Shown here: positions 27,801 to 34,584 of the stretch, piece after piece
Layout: every line of letters begins with the position of its first letter
Numbering within the stretch: position 1 is the stretch's first letter
Assembly (NCBI GenBank): GCA_964492125.1
Contig: CAZBJE010000009.1
Location: 2,202 to 66,201 of the forward strand
Direction: 5' to 3'
Length of the DNA: 64,000 nt
From: an uncultured Pseudobdellovibrionaceae bacterium
GTDB lineage: Bacteria > Bdellovibrionota > FAC87 > UBA2466
Translations under genes and position numbers: made by a program
The notes under the pieces: generated by a model
What the model was told of the DNA's origin: nothing
Seen by the model: only the letters and a program-made list of their open reading frames with translations
The model's database searches: none

Positions 27801-28889
27801 TGGGTGATAAAACTGGGCATTGTCAGAATGGTGGGCGGCGATATCAGCCAAACGCGATCGAGCGGCGCTCAGTTTTTCCCTAGGCAAGAGATCGCTTTGG
27901 AACAAGTCATCGCCGCCCTCGGTTAGCGGTGAAAGGCTGTACCCTTTGGTGGATTGGGCGATCTCACCATTGACCAATAGATTTCGGAAGTAGTTTGCGC
28001 GGTCCCATTCCAAAAAGAAATCAGCGGGAGGAGAAGTTCCTACCCTTTCCCCGTAGAGAAAATTCAACATTCTTTTTTCATCGTCGCTGGCCAAGGCGTA
28101 TAAATCGGCCTGAGTGCGTATAGTTTTGCCCTGGAGCTTTTGGTGGAACGCCAAAACCATTTCCTTTAGCAGGGTCGACTCCGCCGCATGAAGCTTTGCG
28201 TTCGAGCACTCTTTGCGTTTGCTGAGGGTGGTAAGGCGACTGACGGAAATTTCATCTGCAACGGCATTGGCAAGGCCCGAGGGCGGAAGTTTCTCCAGTT
28301 CCGCGCTTTGCTCGTGCAGGTACTGGAACATCACATTGAGCCGTGAAGGGGTAGCTTTTACTCCAAACCCCTGGCTTGGTTTCATTCCCATCTCCCAAAA
28401 TTCTTTAAGTGAGTTGGTGAACGGCGTTCCGGGATCGCAGACCAGGCTCATTTCGTAGAGCAGCAGGATATCGGGCATGAAGAGGGAGTAAGACGTTTCC
28501 GTTTTCACTTCGAAGGGATTCACTGCGCCGCTGATTTTTTTGCTATCGAACAAACCAGAGAAGGACGGCCTGGAGGGTTGTGCATCAAAGCGCACTTCAC
28601 CCGCTGGCCCGGGAGATTGAATTCCCGCAGCGGGTCGATCCAGGTTGGGCAAGAAAGGGCGGGACTGGGCGCCCACCGTCGGCAAGTGATTGGGGTCACA
28701 TAGACCTCTTCCGGCCGCGATCACATCTTTCACGCCTTTTTCGCACCAAGGCGAACCTAAGCGGCGACCGAAATCAATTGGAACGATAGTGCGCTTCTCG
28801 GGGGAAGAATGCTTAGCCGCTTCTTGGCCGAACGCGCCAAACGAGAGGAGTGGCAGCAACAAAAGCGTGGAAATTCTTTTCGTAATCAA
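21825..28889 (-). CDS. giant secreted protein, paralog B (2354 aa)
   Basis: Uninterrupted 7.1-kb ORF. TTG start follows the same GGGGAGGGG SD. Signal peptide MITKRISTLLLLPLLSFGAFGQE. Colinear with paralog A apart from a roughly 50-aa insertion. Confidence 0.85.
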   Translation of the reverse strand: MITKRISTLLLLPLLSFGAFGQEAAKHSSPEKRTIVPIDFGRRLGSPWCEKGVKDVIAAGRGLCDPNHLPTVGAQSRPFLPNLDRPAAGIQSPGPAGEVRFDAQPSRPSFSGLFDSKKISGAVNPFEVKTETSYSLFMPDILLLYEMSLVCDPGTPFTNSLKEFWEMGMKPSQGFGVKATPSRLNVMFQYLHEQSAELEKLPPSGLANAVADEISVSRLTTLSKRKECSNAKLHAAESTLLKEMVLAFHQKLQGKTIRTQADLYALASDDEKRMLNFLYGERVGTSPPADFFLEWDRANYFRNLLVNGEIAQSTKGYSLSPLTEGGDDLFQSDLLPREKLSAARSRLADIAAHHSDNAQFYHPQEDRADPALRPYYHQVLSRLEERGVFARLGEPWKAIAAERLRSYLTSQLAAMDHAAPHDTDLLKEIMPQEKVALITAANKNAFLGRGELRAALSHPLTADHTAGLNEGDLQLGDRLHQMLGDERFEFQRATDLQKFRPEVTDLMKRLESAQSQFRNEIWSDYGASTPHFYGRQLSSERNALQNGEHLFSAPLIDRIAAVLRSRGLGLNAQDRIALQKDLNLLSLELLAKMLEHTAKDDRDGQARLNKDGFHANFISFDELAQVAYAPAGKNALVQTMALISRLNQGDSDEPLRELLQGVLAHSSLVLPEGVSIGSKNLSGRQRDLVAEAAEKVLLEEKNLGPAERDALALVSMVMRARGHDSKTLYGDVPDAAALTISLNSANVALQAATLAQQKALAVEAGEVGQKLLDALKDAKASRDPELGLPIGAEGALLTYLGQSPDLGPSVLRQLQANLSPKRYAELLATAPAEQPEIHLAEALRAVSPRMHHLLTDGIAQRNTLEGDAVREIMANGEISASTAGMLPILVDAERMDAFSICAKAADSSQCVYGVLYSRAVMAHLEAGQAEKADDLLKFVIPDSAMRAEHLAAMKKDMGFHKRIRSIAECSRRSVEELIRDPSFMERSDTMTGAEAMRRRALSRWQAQHRGVLSDTMSDAAVRARLAAENQEFLKIQRRLHGTLLKQRRDAYPKLSDKEFRELVQRKSEAFAIQEKMKAMRPSLPKGRSPRLPAAYTNLVSELKELETRIAELTKSSGFYWQAEDKKFSVEQEKKLKEVEDAIAAASSQERRTTNSPQQDAWGLLALAHLRSFPARAPADQDPIPLETRVARLMQIAQNDPEFSAKLGSTVLRYAQLGFIAERIDGSDPKRDDAATKELWDETLKITQYDKSQLPLQEQLDAVLKQCQVQETCPLSPTELEYLKELYAKHGPQGSKDLLFNADHTLEEHSALQAAENAHELEVFRRNLMAMARSSEPVVKEDMFVETLPGTIGQNCPEELMPKDGELESAYRHQLMLRRYLHWGRSIADGLVSSPNAHLVKMDFARMKQSPKERDAWLQRVGGLKMAQDWVFRMSSGTQAHKMSEDRAWSTFMQLIAQAAAESMEIAQKKKKIEAEFKEIGMTPTGESVGDLWKWDAANLHKVSDDEILNPGQKFTRSQFMGRLNQYYGLVAAQTHALNPNAPAGSMGEDELHRKVHDAFMEAGYQRDAAALGPRTVVRKRDSSAYHNQPEELSGLENALHYEFKDYTALRPEIEARADRARRSVSNNGDLFLAIGKSGGAWEMTKRAGIQPIGPNGKTSAEMARHVGATSPLGPLGPLGLVSTLGIIAKPGNEHGAREVPLDTANDHAIGEMFNEYASTMTQLSELGSAKITYDGHEVPADQARKDLALKYAAMLSQNREMLEGILKTYGTLSDEILPLLVELAAGGAIFMVFGPAGVGIAFLKGAAKLMKYRKLIKLLNRYGTYGRLASGSLQAGKVWWLKQGVDLAQSSYKMAKTGAAGSLWALPANSLFGAIRLAQATGLANKIDKDHNGVPDWQEKMAAGQWYEFPEDVRAGIDIDNNGVPDSVDVLRGMPPAKYTVGGFTDIYESAKSNALTMTLAPGAGKLFKWATIKPINWALAKAAPKLKSAPFFNSFEMAGGMFTIAMANKHGLNDGTKSFGENFANNSQWQTFGRNFIDSAIDSGTGMAPIDDLWATYKLNKNPNISPAGLYLIKSLVNHGQDGLQGIVEEYRNGFYTTANKTQVKGPFWAALASMMEGAYLSQKASNPKNTVIDALPKIIADQVISRSRAGEVNIQAPLLDYVLIDTVDKKGNAVKQTVRDLIAKDANLGDFNHANSAEAFMAIFSTKLVQKGVPEKEIKGFFKAALAKTPVLERHLGEVEPFLSYIVREKLTADVLAGTARAEALTRAMTDYGALENFHRQVSAVDVVTPGTRNFKNEEIARVVEKVATDYGLAPGAFKTYVANRVANEPNGLNPTYSLGLLAREMRNRTRY

Positions 28890-29008
28890 GGCCCCTCCCC
28901 TGTGCGTATCGGCATTCTAGGGTGCAAGACAAAGACCTGAATGTGCGTGTATACAAATATGAAATCATTAATGAATACACGGTGACGGGCTACGGCAATG
29001 CAGAGCAA
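28890..29008 (-). promoter_or_regulatory. conserved 119-nt leader/promoter region of giant gene B
   Basis: Same length and layout as 21684-21802, with TGTATACA at 28948-28955. Confidence 0.5.
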
Positions 29009-30154
29009 TTAGTCAGTATTCAGGGCGAGTTCGCGGAGCGCCGCACGGAGAAGCTCCTGGCGCTTGGTGAGGAGGTTGGTAGGCTTGGCAAAGGACGCAT
29101 CTAGACGCATGGCACCAGGCTTATATCGAACAAGATTTTCAGCATCTGTCGAAGCAATAGTCGGAAGCTGGGCTAACGTAACCTCAGTGTCTTTTCTGAG
29201 TGACCGTTGCAATGCGGAAAGTTTTGTTTTTTGCGCTTTCCATTCATTCAAACGGCTCTGAAGAAGCTTTCGGTACGATATGTGAGCAGCGGCGGCCTCG
29301 GAATTAAAGAGGTCCCCTCTCGCGCCTTCCAAATCAACCCAGGAAACACCTCGCCCGAAACCGAGAGAATCTGAAAAAACAGCCCTGGCGGTGAGAAGCA
29401 AACCTCGATCTTCTTGGTCTGGGTCCCGATTATCAGAGCCAAAAACAATGCGAATGGATGAGAATTGCGCGGCCAGTTCACGCGCACTTTGGATTTTTAG
29501 ATCAGATAGCAAGATGACCCAGTCGGGCGACTCCGTTTGTGCTTTCAATTCCTTCTGTATTGCATTGGAGGGAGAATCCAACTTAAAGCCCGCGCCCAAC
29601 TTCTCGCCCTTAGCAAGCGTAGTTACGGACAAGAATAATATTTTCTTCCCATGAATGGAAACCATCTGGGATTTGCGAAATAGCGACTTTACTTCGCCAT
29701 GAGTTAGGTTGGTCGACAAAAAAGGAAACTGCGCCCGCGCGACGAGTTTCCGCATCTCAAGTAGGCCCATCTCCGTATCCGCGGCAGAGACACCCAAAGA
29801 AAAAAGTCCCAACTCATTGAGCGCATCCAGAAGCATTTCCCGCTTAGTCTGGAGATGGCGAGGCCGAAGTTTCGTTCCTGCTCGAGGATAAAAAGTTCGG
29901 CCAGCGCTCAAATGAAAAAGGCCAGCAAGAGATTCACTCATGCCGGCCTTCAAGTTCGCTTCTCTATCAATCCCGCCCAACTGTGATATCGAACAACCGC
30001 AAACTTCCATCTCTAGATGGCGGTTGCCCGCGTAAAGGAAACGAATGGGTTCGACAGATCCGGATGAAGCGGGAATTCGATTGGACGACGAGGCGCACCC
30101 CCCGGCCAACTGCATTACCACGCCGACAGCTAACGCAAAATAAAGGCGCTTCAC
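29009..30154 (-). CDS. lipoprotein with degenerate 5'-nucleotidase/metallophosphatase-like scaffold
   Basis: GTG start overlaps the upstream stop (GTGA). Lipobox MKRLYFALAVGVVMQLAGGC. The block order FLYAGNRH / EVCGC..LGG / SLGVSAAD / FPFLSTNL / ILFLSVTT / WVILLSD...IVFGSDN mirrors the metallophosphatase motifs, but most metal ligands are replaced. Confidence 0.45.
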   Translation of the reverse strand: MKRLYFALAVGVVMQLAGGCASSSNRIPASSGSVEPIRFLYAGNRHLEMEVCGCSISQLGGIDREANLKAGMSESLAGLFHLSAGRTFYPRAGTKLRPRHLQTKREMLLDALNELGLFSLGVSAADTEMGLLEMRKLVARAQFPFLSTNLTHGEVKSLFRKSQMVSIHGKKILFLSVTTLAKGEKLGAGFKLDSPSNAIQKELKAQTESPDWVILLSDLKIQSARELAAQFSSIRIVFGSDNRDPDQEDRGLLLTARAVFSDSLGFGRGVSWVDLEGARGDLFNSEAAAAHISYRKLLQSRLNEWKAQKTKLSALQRSLRKDTEVTLAQLPTIASTDAENLVRYKPGAMRLDASFAKPTNLLTKRQELLRAALRELALNTD

Positions 30155-31221
30155 TTCAATGCGCAAAGCTCTAATTCCTTTGCAACCGCATCAACGTCCG
30201 GGACATGATTGTCGGCTAAGCGCTTTTGCGCCCAGTCTTTCATTGCCTCACGCATCTCGGCGTCGACCTTATTGGGGTCGTAGTCTTTGCCGGCGGTCTT
30301 TGTGTAAACGACCAATCCTCTACCAGCGGCCGCCATGTACTCCATGAAGCCGTGGTACGCGTCAGCGTTGCCCTTCTTCATATCTCTCCACTTACTCATC
30401 ATCGTTCCTAAGGTACCTTTAGCAGCGTGAAACGGAATCGCCCCTAGAAAGAACTGGACTAACATTTCCCGTTCTTCCTTAGATTTCGCATTTTTCAGAA
30501 CTTCAGCAATTTCCTTAAGAGTAGTTGGAAGCGCTTCCGTCGCGCGCACCCCTTTGTCGCCAACGGCATTTCTATAGACGTACTGCACAGCGGTTTCCAT
30601 AGCGTCCCGTTGACTCTTCGTTAATCCGATTCCGTCAAAAACCTTCGACTGGACTTCAATTTGTGAACTTAGTCCTTTTAAACCAGCGGCATTTGTCTTC
30701 AATCCCGCCATTTCCGCGATGAGGTCCATTTTACTCAGCTCTTCAGCGCGAGCCGCGCCCTCTAAACGGCGTTTCTCCTTACTGGCGGCGTCCATATCGG
30801 AGTCCGCAGTGCTGACACGATTTTTCGCGCCGTGAGGCATTAATCCGGGAGCGTGGCTTCCGTCCCCTCCCTCTGTCAGCGCCTTTGCGGCGCCGGAGCC
30901 AATGGGGGTGCGAAGAGCGGGGGCGCCTGCCTTGGGCGCTTGGGCAGCCGGTTGTCCAGGTGCAAAAATTCCAGACGATTTTTCCGCCGCTTGTCCCGGT
31001 ACAGCCCCACTTGCAGCAGCACCGCTTCCCCGAATGAGTTCTTCCTGAGTTTTAATTTGATCAGTCGTCGCCTTTTCGGATTGCGCGCGTTCCACATCCT
31101 GGACCTTGTTCGTGCCGGTGCGCCCAGGATTGACAATCCCACCGAATTTGTCCCGCGCGAAAACATTGGAGCTTCCCAGCACCAAAATAGCCACCGCCGA
31201 TAGGTACGTAATAGCTTTCAC
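30151..31221 (-). CDS. secreted hypothetical protein (Ala/Gly/Pro-rich linker plus helical C-terminal domain)
   Basis: GTG at 31221 lies 6 nt after GGAGGA. Signal peptide MKAITYLSAVAILVLGSSNVFA. It is the first gene of the minus-strand block. Confidence 0.6.
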   Translation of the reverse strand: MKAITYLSAVAILVLGSSNVFARDKFGGIVNPGRTGTNKVQDVERAQSEKATTDQIKTQEELIRGSGAAASGAVPGQAAEKSSGIFAPGQPAAQAPKAGAPALRTPIGSGAAKALTEGGDGSHAPGLMPHGAKNRVSTADSDMDAASKEKRRLEGAARAEELSKMDLIAEMAGLKTNAAGLKGLSSQIEVQSKVFDGIGLTKSQRDAMETAVQYVYRNAVGDKGVRATEALPTTLKEIAEVLKNAKSKEEREMLVQFFLGAIPFHAAKGTLGTMMSKWRDMKKGNADAYHGFMEYMAAAGRGLVVYTKTAGKDYDPNKVDAEMREAMKDWAQKRLADNHVPDVDAVAKELELCALK

Positions 31222-31531
31222 AGGTATCCTCCAGACTGAGTCTAGGTATCGCAAGTTCCAGGCCATGAAAGGCACCTCTGGGCACTCACGTTAAATAATG
31301 AAAACGAAAAACTTTTTCAGCGGAAGAAACGCAAACCCCATGTATTCACTGAGTCTTAATTGTAGAGCGTTTGCGCATTGAAGTAAACTTTGAGTACGCA
31401 CTCTCTGAGTACGGTGCCCCCCGTTTCCGGCGGCACTGCCAGTATGCGTCGCGTTACGGCGCCTGTGTCACACTCGCCCCCCTCCACGCGTCTCTCCCCC
31501 GAACGACATACAACTCTAGGGAGGAACGTAA

Positions 31532-32827
31532 ATGCCCGCTGTACCAAGACGCTTTCGAGAAAATATCGTGTGGACCATCGCGGGAACCGCGCTGGCCTCT
31601 AACGTCTTGGGAATCGCCATCGGTGCGCGCCTCACGCACCCCGCGCCTCTTTCCAATACCGCAGCAGCGGCCTCGCTGCCCGTCGCCCCCGTGCCGGAAA
31701 TGCCCGCCAAAGTCGATGGCCAAGCGCTTGCGCGCACCGCTGCAGACTTTCGCGCTGTCGCTAAAGCGGTAGGCCCTTCAGTCATCACCATTAAAGCAAG
31801 CCGCGAGGCCAAGGCGCCGCGGTCGATGCGGCGTTCACGTGGCGCCCAAGGTGGCCAGCCAATGCCAGGCGATCTCGGCGATCTTTTTGAGCGGTTCGGG
31901 TTTTCGTTTGGTGCCCCTCCGGGAGGAATGCCCCCAGGCGGTTTGGAGGGTGGCCCTCAACAAGCCTCGGGTTCTGGTTTTATTATCGATAAAAACGGCA
32001 CAATCGTAACCAATTACCACGTCATCAAAGGCGCGGACAAAATCACAGTCCAGTTGCCTGACGACGACGCCGAAGAAGTCGTCGCAAAAGTCATCGGCAC
32101 CGATCCCCGCACCGATCTCGCTGTTTTGAAAATCCAAACCGGCGCGGATCTCCCTGCTGTCGAGTGGGCCGATTCCAACAACGTCGAAGTGGGAGACTCC
32201 GCCATCGCCATCGGCAGCCCCTTCATGCTCACCCACTCGGTCACTGCCGGAATCGTGAGCGCCAAGGGTCGCAATGCCTCGCGCTTGATAGGCGCCGACT
32301 TTGGCTATGAAATGATCCAGACCGACGCCGCCATCAACCCCGGTAACTCCGGCGGGCCGCTCTGCTCCGCAGATGGTAAAGTGATGGGCGTCAACACCGC
32401 CATCTACACCCAAAGCGGCGGCTACATGGGCATTGGCTTTGCCATTCCCTCGAGCCTCGCCCGCGAGGTGGTGAACACACTCATCACCCACGGTAAAGTA
32501 ACGCGTGGCTGGTTGGGAGTGGCCATTGAGCCCGCGTCAAAAGACATCAAAAAAGAAATGGGCATTACAGCCGGTGTTCTGGTGCATGAAGTGCAAGAAG
32601 ATAGCCCGGCCGAAAAGGCTGGTCTGCGCGCGGGCGACGCCATTGTGCAAATCGATAACTCGGTAGTGACTAAGGTCGAGCAGTTGCAACGGCTCATCAC
32701 CCGTTACAACCCTGGCGACAAAGTTTCCCTGCAAATCGTCAACTATACCGACGGTAAAAAACGGACGGTAAATGTGCAGATTGGGCGCTTACCCGATCCC
32801 AAGAAAGACGAAGAGAGCCAGGGTTAA
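31532..32827 (+). CDS. htrA: HtrA/DegP-family periplasmic serine endoprotease (trypsin-like domain plus one PDZ)
   Basis: GGGAGG RBS. Blocks GSGFIIDKNGTIVTNYHV, DLAVLKI and TDAAINPGNSGGPL (the catalytic triad context), followed by a PDZ-like C-terminus. Confidence 0.9.
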   Translation: MPAVPRRFRENIVWTIAGTALASNVLGIAIGARLTHPAPLSNTAAAASLPVAPVPEMPAKVDGQALARTAADFRAVAKAVGPSVITIKASREAKAPRSMRRSRGAQGGQPMPGDLGDLFERFGFSFGAPPGGMPPGGLEGGPQQASGSGFIIDKNGTIVTNYHVIKGADKITVQLPDDDAEEVVAKVIGTDPRTDLAVLKIQTGADLPAVEWADSNNVEVGDSAIAIGSPFMLTHSVTAGIVSAKGRNASRLIGADFGYEMIQTDAAINPGNSGGPLCSADGKVMGVNTAIYTQSGGYMGIGFAIPSSLAREVVNTLITHGKVTRGWLGVAIEPASKDIKKEMGITAGVLVHEVQEDSPAEKAGLRAGDAIVQIDNSVVTKVEQLQRLITRYNPGDKVSLQIVNYTDGKKRTVNVQIGRLPDPKKDEESQG

Positions 32828-32854
32828 AAGTTACCCCCTAAAGTTCCCCTCCAA

Positions 32855-32892
32855 CTGCCGCCGTTGAGATCGAAAGGTCTTTGCGGCGGCAG
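32855..32892. terminator. candidate bidirectional terminator hairpin between htrA and ybiT
   Basis: CTGCCGCCG (32855-32863) pairs with CGGCGGCAG (32884-32892) around a 20-nt loop, followed by gttctatttt. Confidence 0.35.
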
Positions 32893-32895
32893 GTT

Positions 32896-34488
32896 CTATT
32901 TTGAGGGGAAACGCATCGCGACGTACTCGTCGTAAGTCATGTCGTGACTAATGGCCCCGCGTCCGGTGATTTCAATTACACGGTTTGCGATGGTTTGGTT
33001 GAACTGGTGATCGTGCGACGTAAAGAGCACGGTACCGTTAAACCGAATCAGCCCGTTGTTGACGGCGGTGATTGATTCCAAATCCAAATGGTTGGTCGGG
33101 CCGTCGAGCAACAAGACATTCGCTTTCGTGAGCATCATCCGCGCCAGCATGCAACGCACTCGCTCGCCCCCGGAAAGCACCGACACTTTTTTCATCGACT
33201 CTTCGCCGGAGAAAAGCATCCGCCCTAAGAACCCGCGAATGAAGGTTTCGGTTTGATCTTCCGAAAATTGGCGCAACCAATCCACCAAGGTGTACTGGCA
33301 ACCATCAAAGTACTTGGCGTTGTCCTTGGGGAAGAAGGCTTGCGAAGTCGTAATGCCCCACGAGTAAGTCCCGCCGTCTTGCTTGGCTTCGCCCATCAAG
33401 ATCTCAAAGCAAGCCGAGATGGCTACTTCATCGCCGACAAAAACAATCTTATCGCCTTTCTTCACTTCGAAGCTGACGTTGTTGAGCACCTCGGTGCCTT
33501 CAACGGCTTTGGATAAATTCACCACCTTGAGCAACTGATCGCCCGCTTCCCGCTCGGGATTAAAACCCACGAACGGGTACTTGCGAGTGGAAGCTTTGAT
33601 ATCGTCGAGCGTCAGCTTATCGAGCATCTTCTTGCGCGAAGTAGCTTGCTTAGACTTCGAAGCATTGGCGGAGAACCGAGCGATGAAATCTTTGAGGTCC
33701 TTGGCTTTGTCTTCGTTCTTACGGTTTTTTTCCTGCTGGAGCCGAAGCGCCAACTGACTCGACTCGTACCAGAAATCGTAATTACCGGAGAACAGCTGCA
33801 CTTTGCCGAAATCGATATCGGCGATATGCGTGCAAACTTTGTTCAAAAAATGGCGATCATGGCTCACCACCACGACGGTTTTATCAAAGTCGTAGAGGAA
33901 ATCTTCCAACCAACGGACAGCCGCAGCATCGAGGTTGTTGGTAGGTTCATCGAGCAAAAGATTGTCGGGCTTTCCAAACAGGGCTTGGGCCAAAAGGACT
34001 TTCACCTTTTCCGAACCCTGCAGCTCTTTCATTTTCTTGTCGTGCAACTCAGTGCCGATGCCCAGGCCGGCCAGCAACACAGCGGCGTCGGACTCCGCCT
34101 CCCAACCGTTTAGGTCGCCGAATTCTTCTTCGAGTTCCGAGGCGCGGTCGCCGTCGGCGTCGGTGAAATCGTCCTTGGCGTAAAGCGCTTCGCGTTCTTC
34201 GATAAGCGCATTCAAACGCGGGGCACCCATCAAAACCGTTTTCAAAACCTGGACTTCATCGAACTCGAAATGATCTTGGCGCAAGAACGCCAGACGCTCT
34301 CCAGGGGTGATATTGACACTTCCGCCCGTGGGAGAGATTTGGCCGGCCAAAATCTTCAAAAAGGTGGATTTGCCCGCTCCGTTGGCGCCGATCAGGCCAT
34401 AGCAATTGCCAGGCACAAACTTGATCTCGACGTCCTCGAAAAGGCGACGCCCGCCGTAACTCATATTTAAATTGGAAGTGCTAATCAT
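32896..34488 (-). CDS. ybiT: ABC-F family ATPase (YbiT-like)
   Basis: 530 aa with two ABC cassettes and no TM domain. The N-terminus NMSYGGRRLFEDVEIKFVPGNCYGLIGANGAGKSTFLKILAG closely parallels E. coli YbiT. Confidence 0.8.
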   Translation of the reverse strand: MISTSNLNMSYGGRRLFEDVEIKFVPGNCYGLIGANGAGKSTFLKILAGQISPTGGSVNITPGERLAFLRQDHFEFDEVQVLKTVLMGAPRLNALIEEREALYAKDDFTDADGDRASELEEEFGDLNGWEAESDAAVLLAGLGIGTELHDKKMKELQGSEKVKVLLAQALFGKPDNLLLDEPTNNLDAAAVRWLEDFLYDFDKTVVVVSHDRHFLNKVCTHIADIDFGKVQLFSGNYDFWYESSQLALRLQQEKNRKNEDKAKDLKDFIARFSANASKSKQATSRKKMLDKLTLDDIKASTRKYPFVGFNPEREAGDQLLKVVNLSKAVEGTEVLNNVSFEVKKGDKIVFVGDEVAISACFEILMGEAKQDGGTYSWGITTSQAFFPKDNAKYFDGCQYTLVDWLRQFSEDQTETFIRGFLGRMLFSGEESMKKVSVLSGGERVRCMLARMMLTKANVLLLDGPTNHLDLESITAVNNGLIRFNGTVLFTSHDHQFNQTIANRVIEITGRGAISHDMTYDEYVAMRFPSK

Positions 34489-34584
34489 TCGGTTTTCTCG
34501 TTTTGCGTGTAATACCAGATTGTTGGCCGACCGAACACCGCAAAGTGGACGCGGTGCGCCAGGATTGATCGGTGGGGCCGAAAT

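Larger units (their letters stand above)
14793..29028 (-). repeat. tandem duplication of a roughly 7.0-7.2 kb unit (giant gene, 119-nt leader, 20-nt relic of the upstream gene's 3' end)
   Basis: 14793-21822 aligns colinearly with 21825-29028 at roughly 80-85% nt identity by eye. Both leaders are exactly 119 nt. Homology stops at ...ttcagggcga (21822 and 29028). Confidence 0.9.

Noticed and set aside
28922-29104. Plus-strand small ORFs inside both giant-gene leaders. Their peptides look conserved: QDKDLNV.VY.YEII.EY.VT.YGN in 28922-29104 and within 21581-21886.
   Set aside because: Codon-by-codon comparison of the two copies gives about 2 synonymous against about 9-10 nonsynonymous differences, spread over all codon positions. 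The peptide similarity simply reflects ~88% DNA identity of the duplicated leader, not purifying selection on this frame.
31385-31408. SigmaE-type promoter upstream of htrA (AAACTT ... TCTGA).
   Set aside because: The spacer is only 13 nt against the 16 nt expected, and the -35 lacks the GG of GGAACTT.
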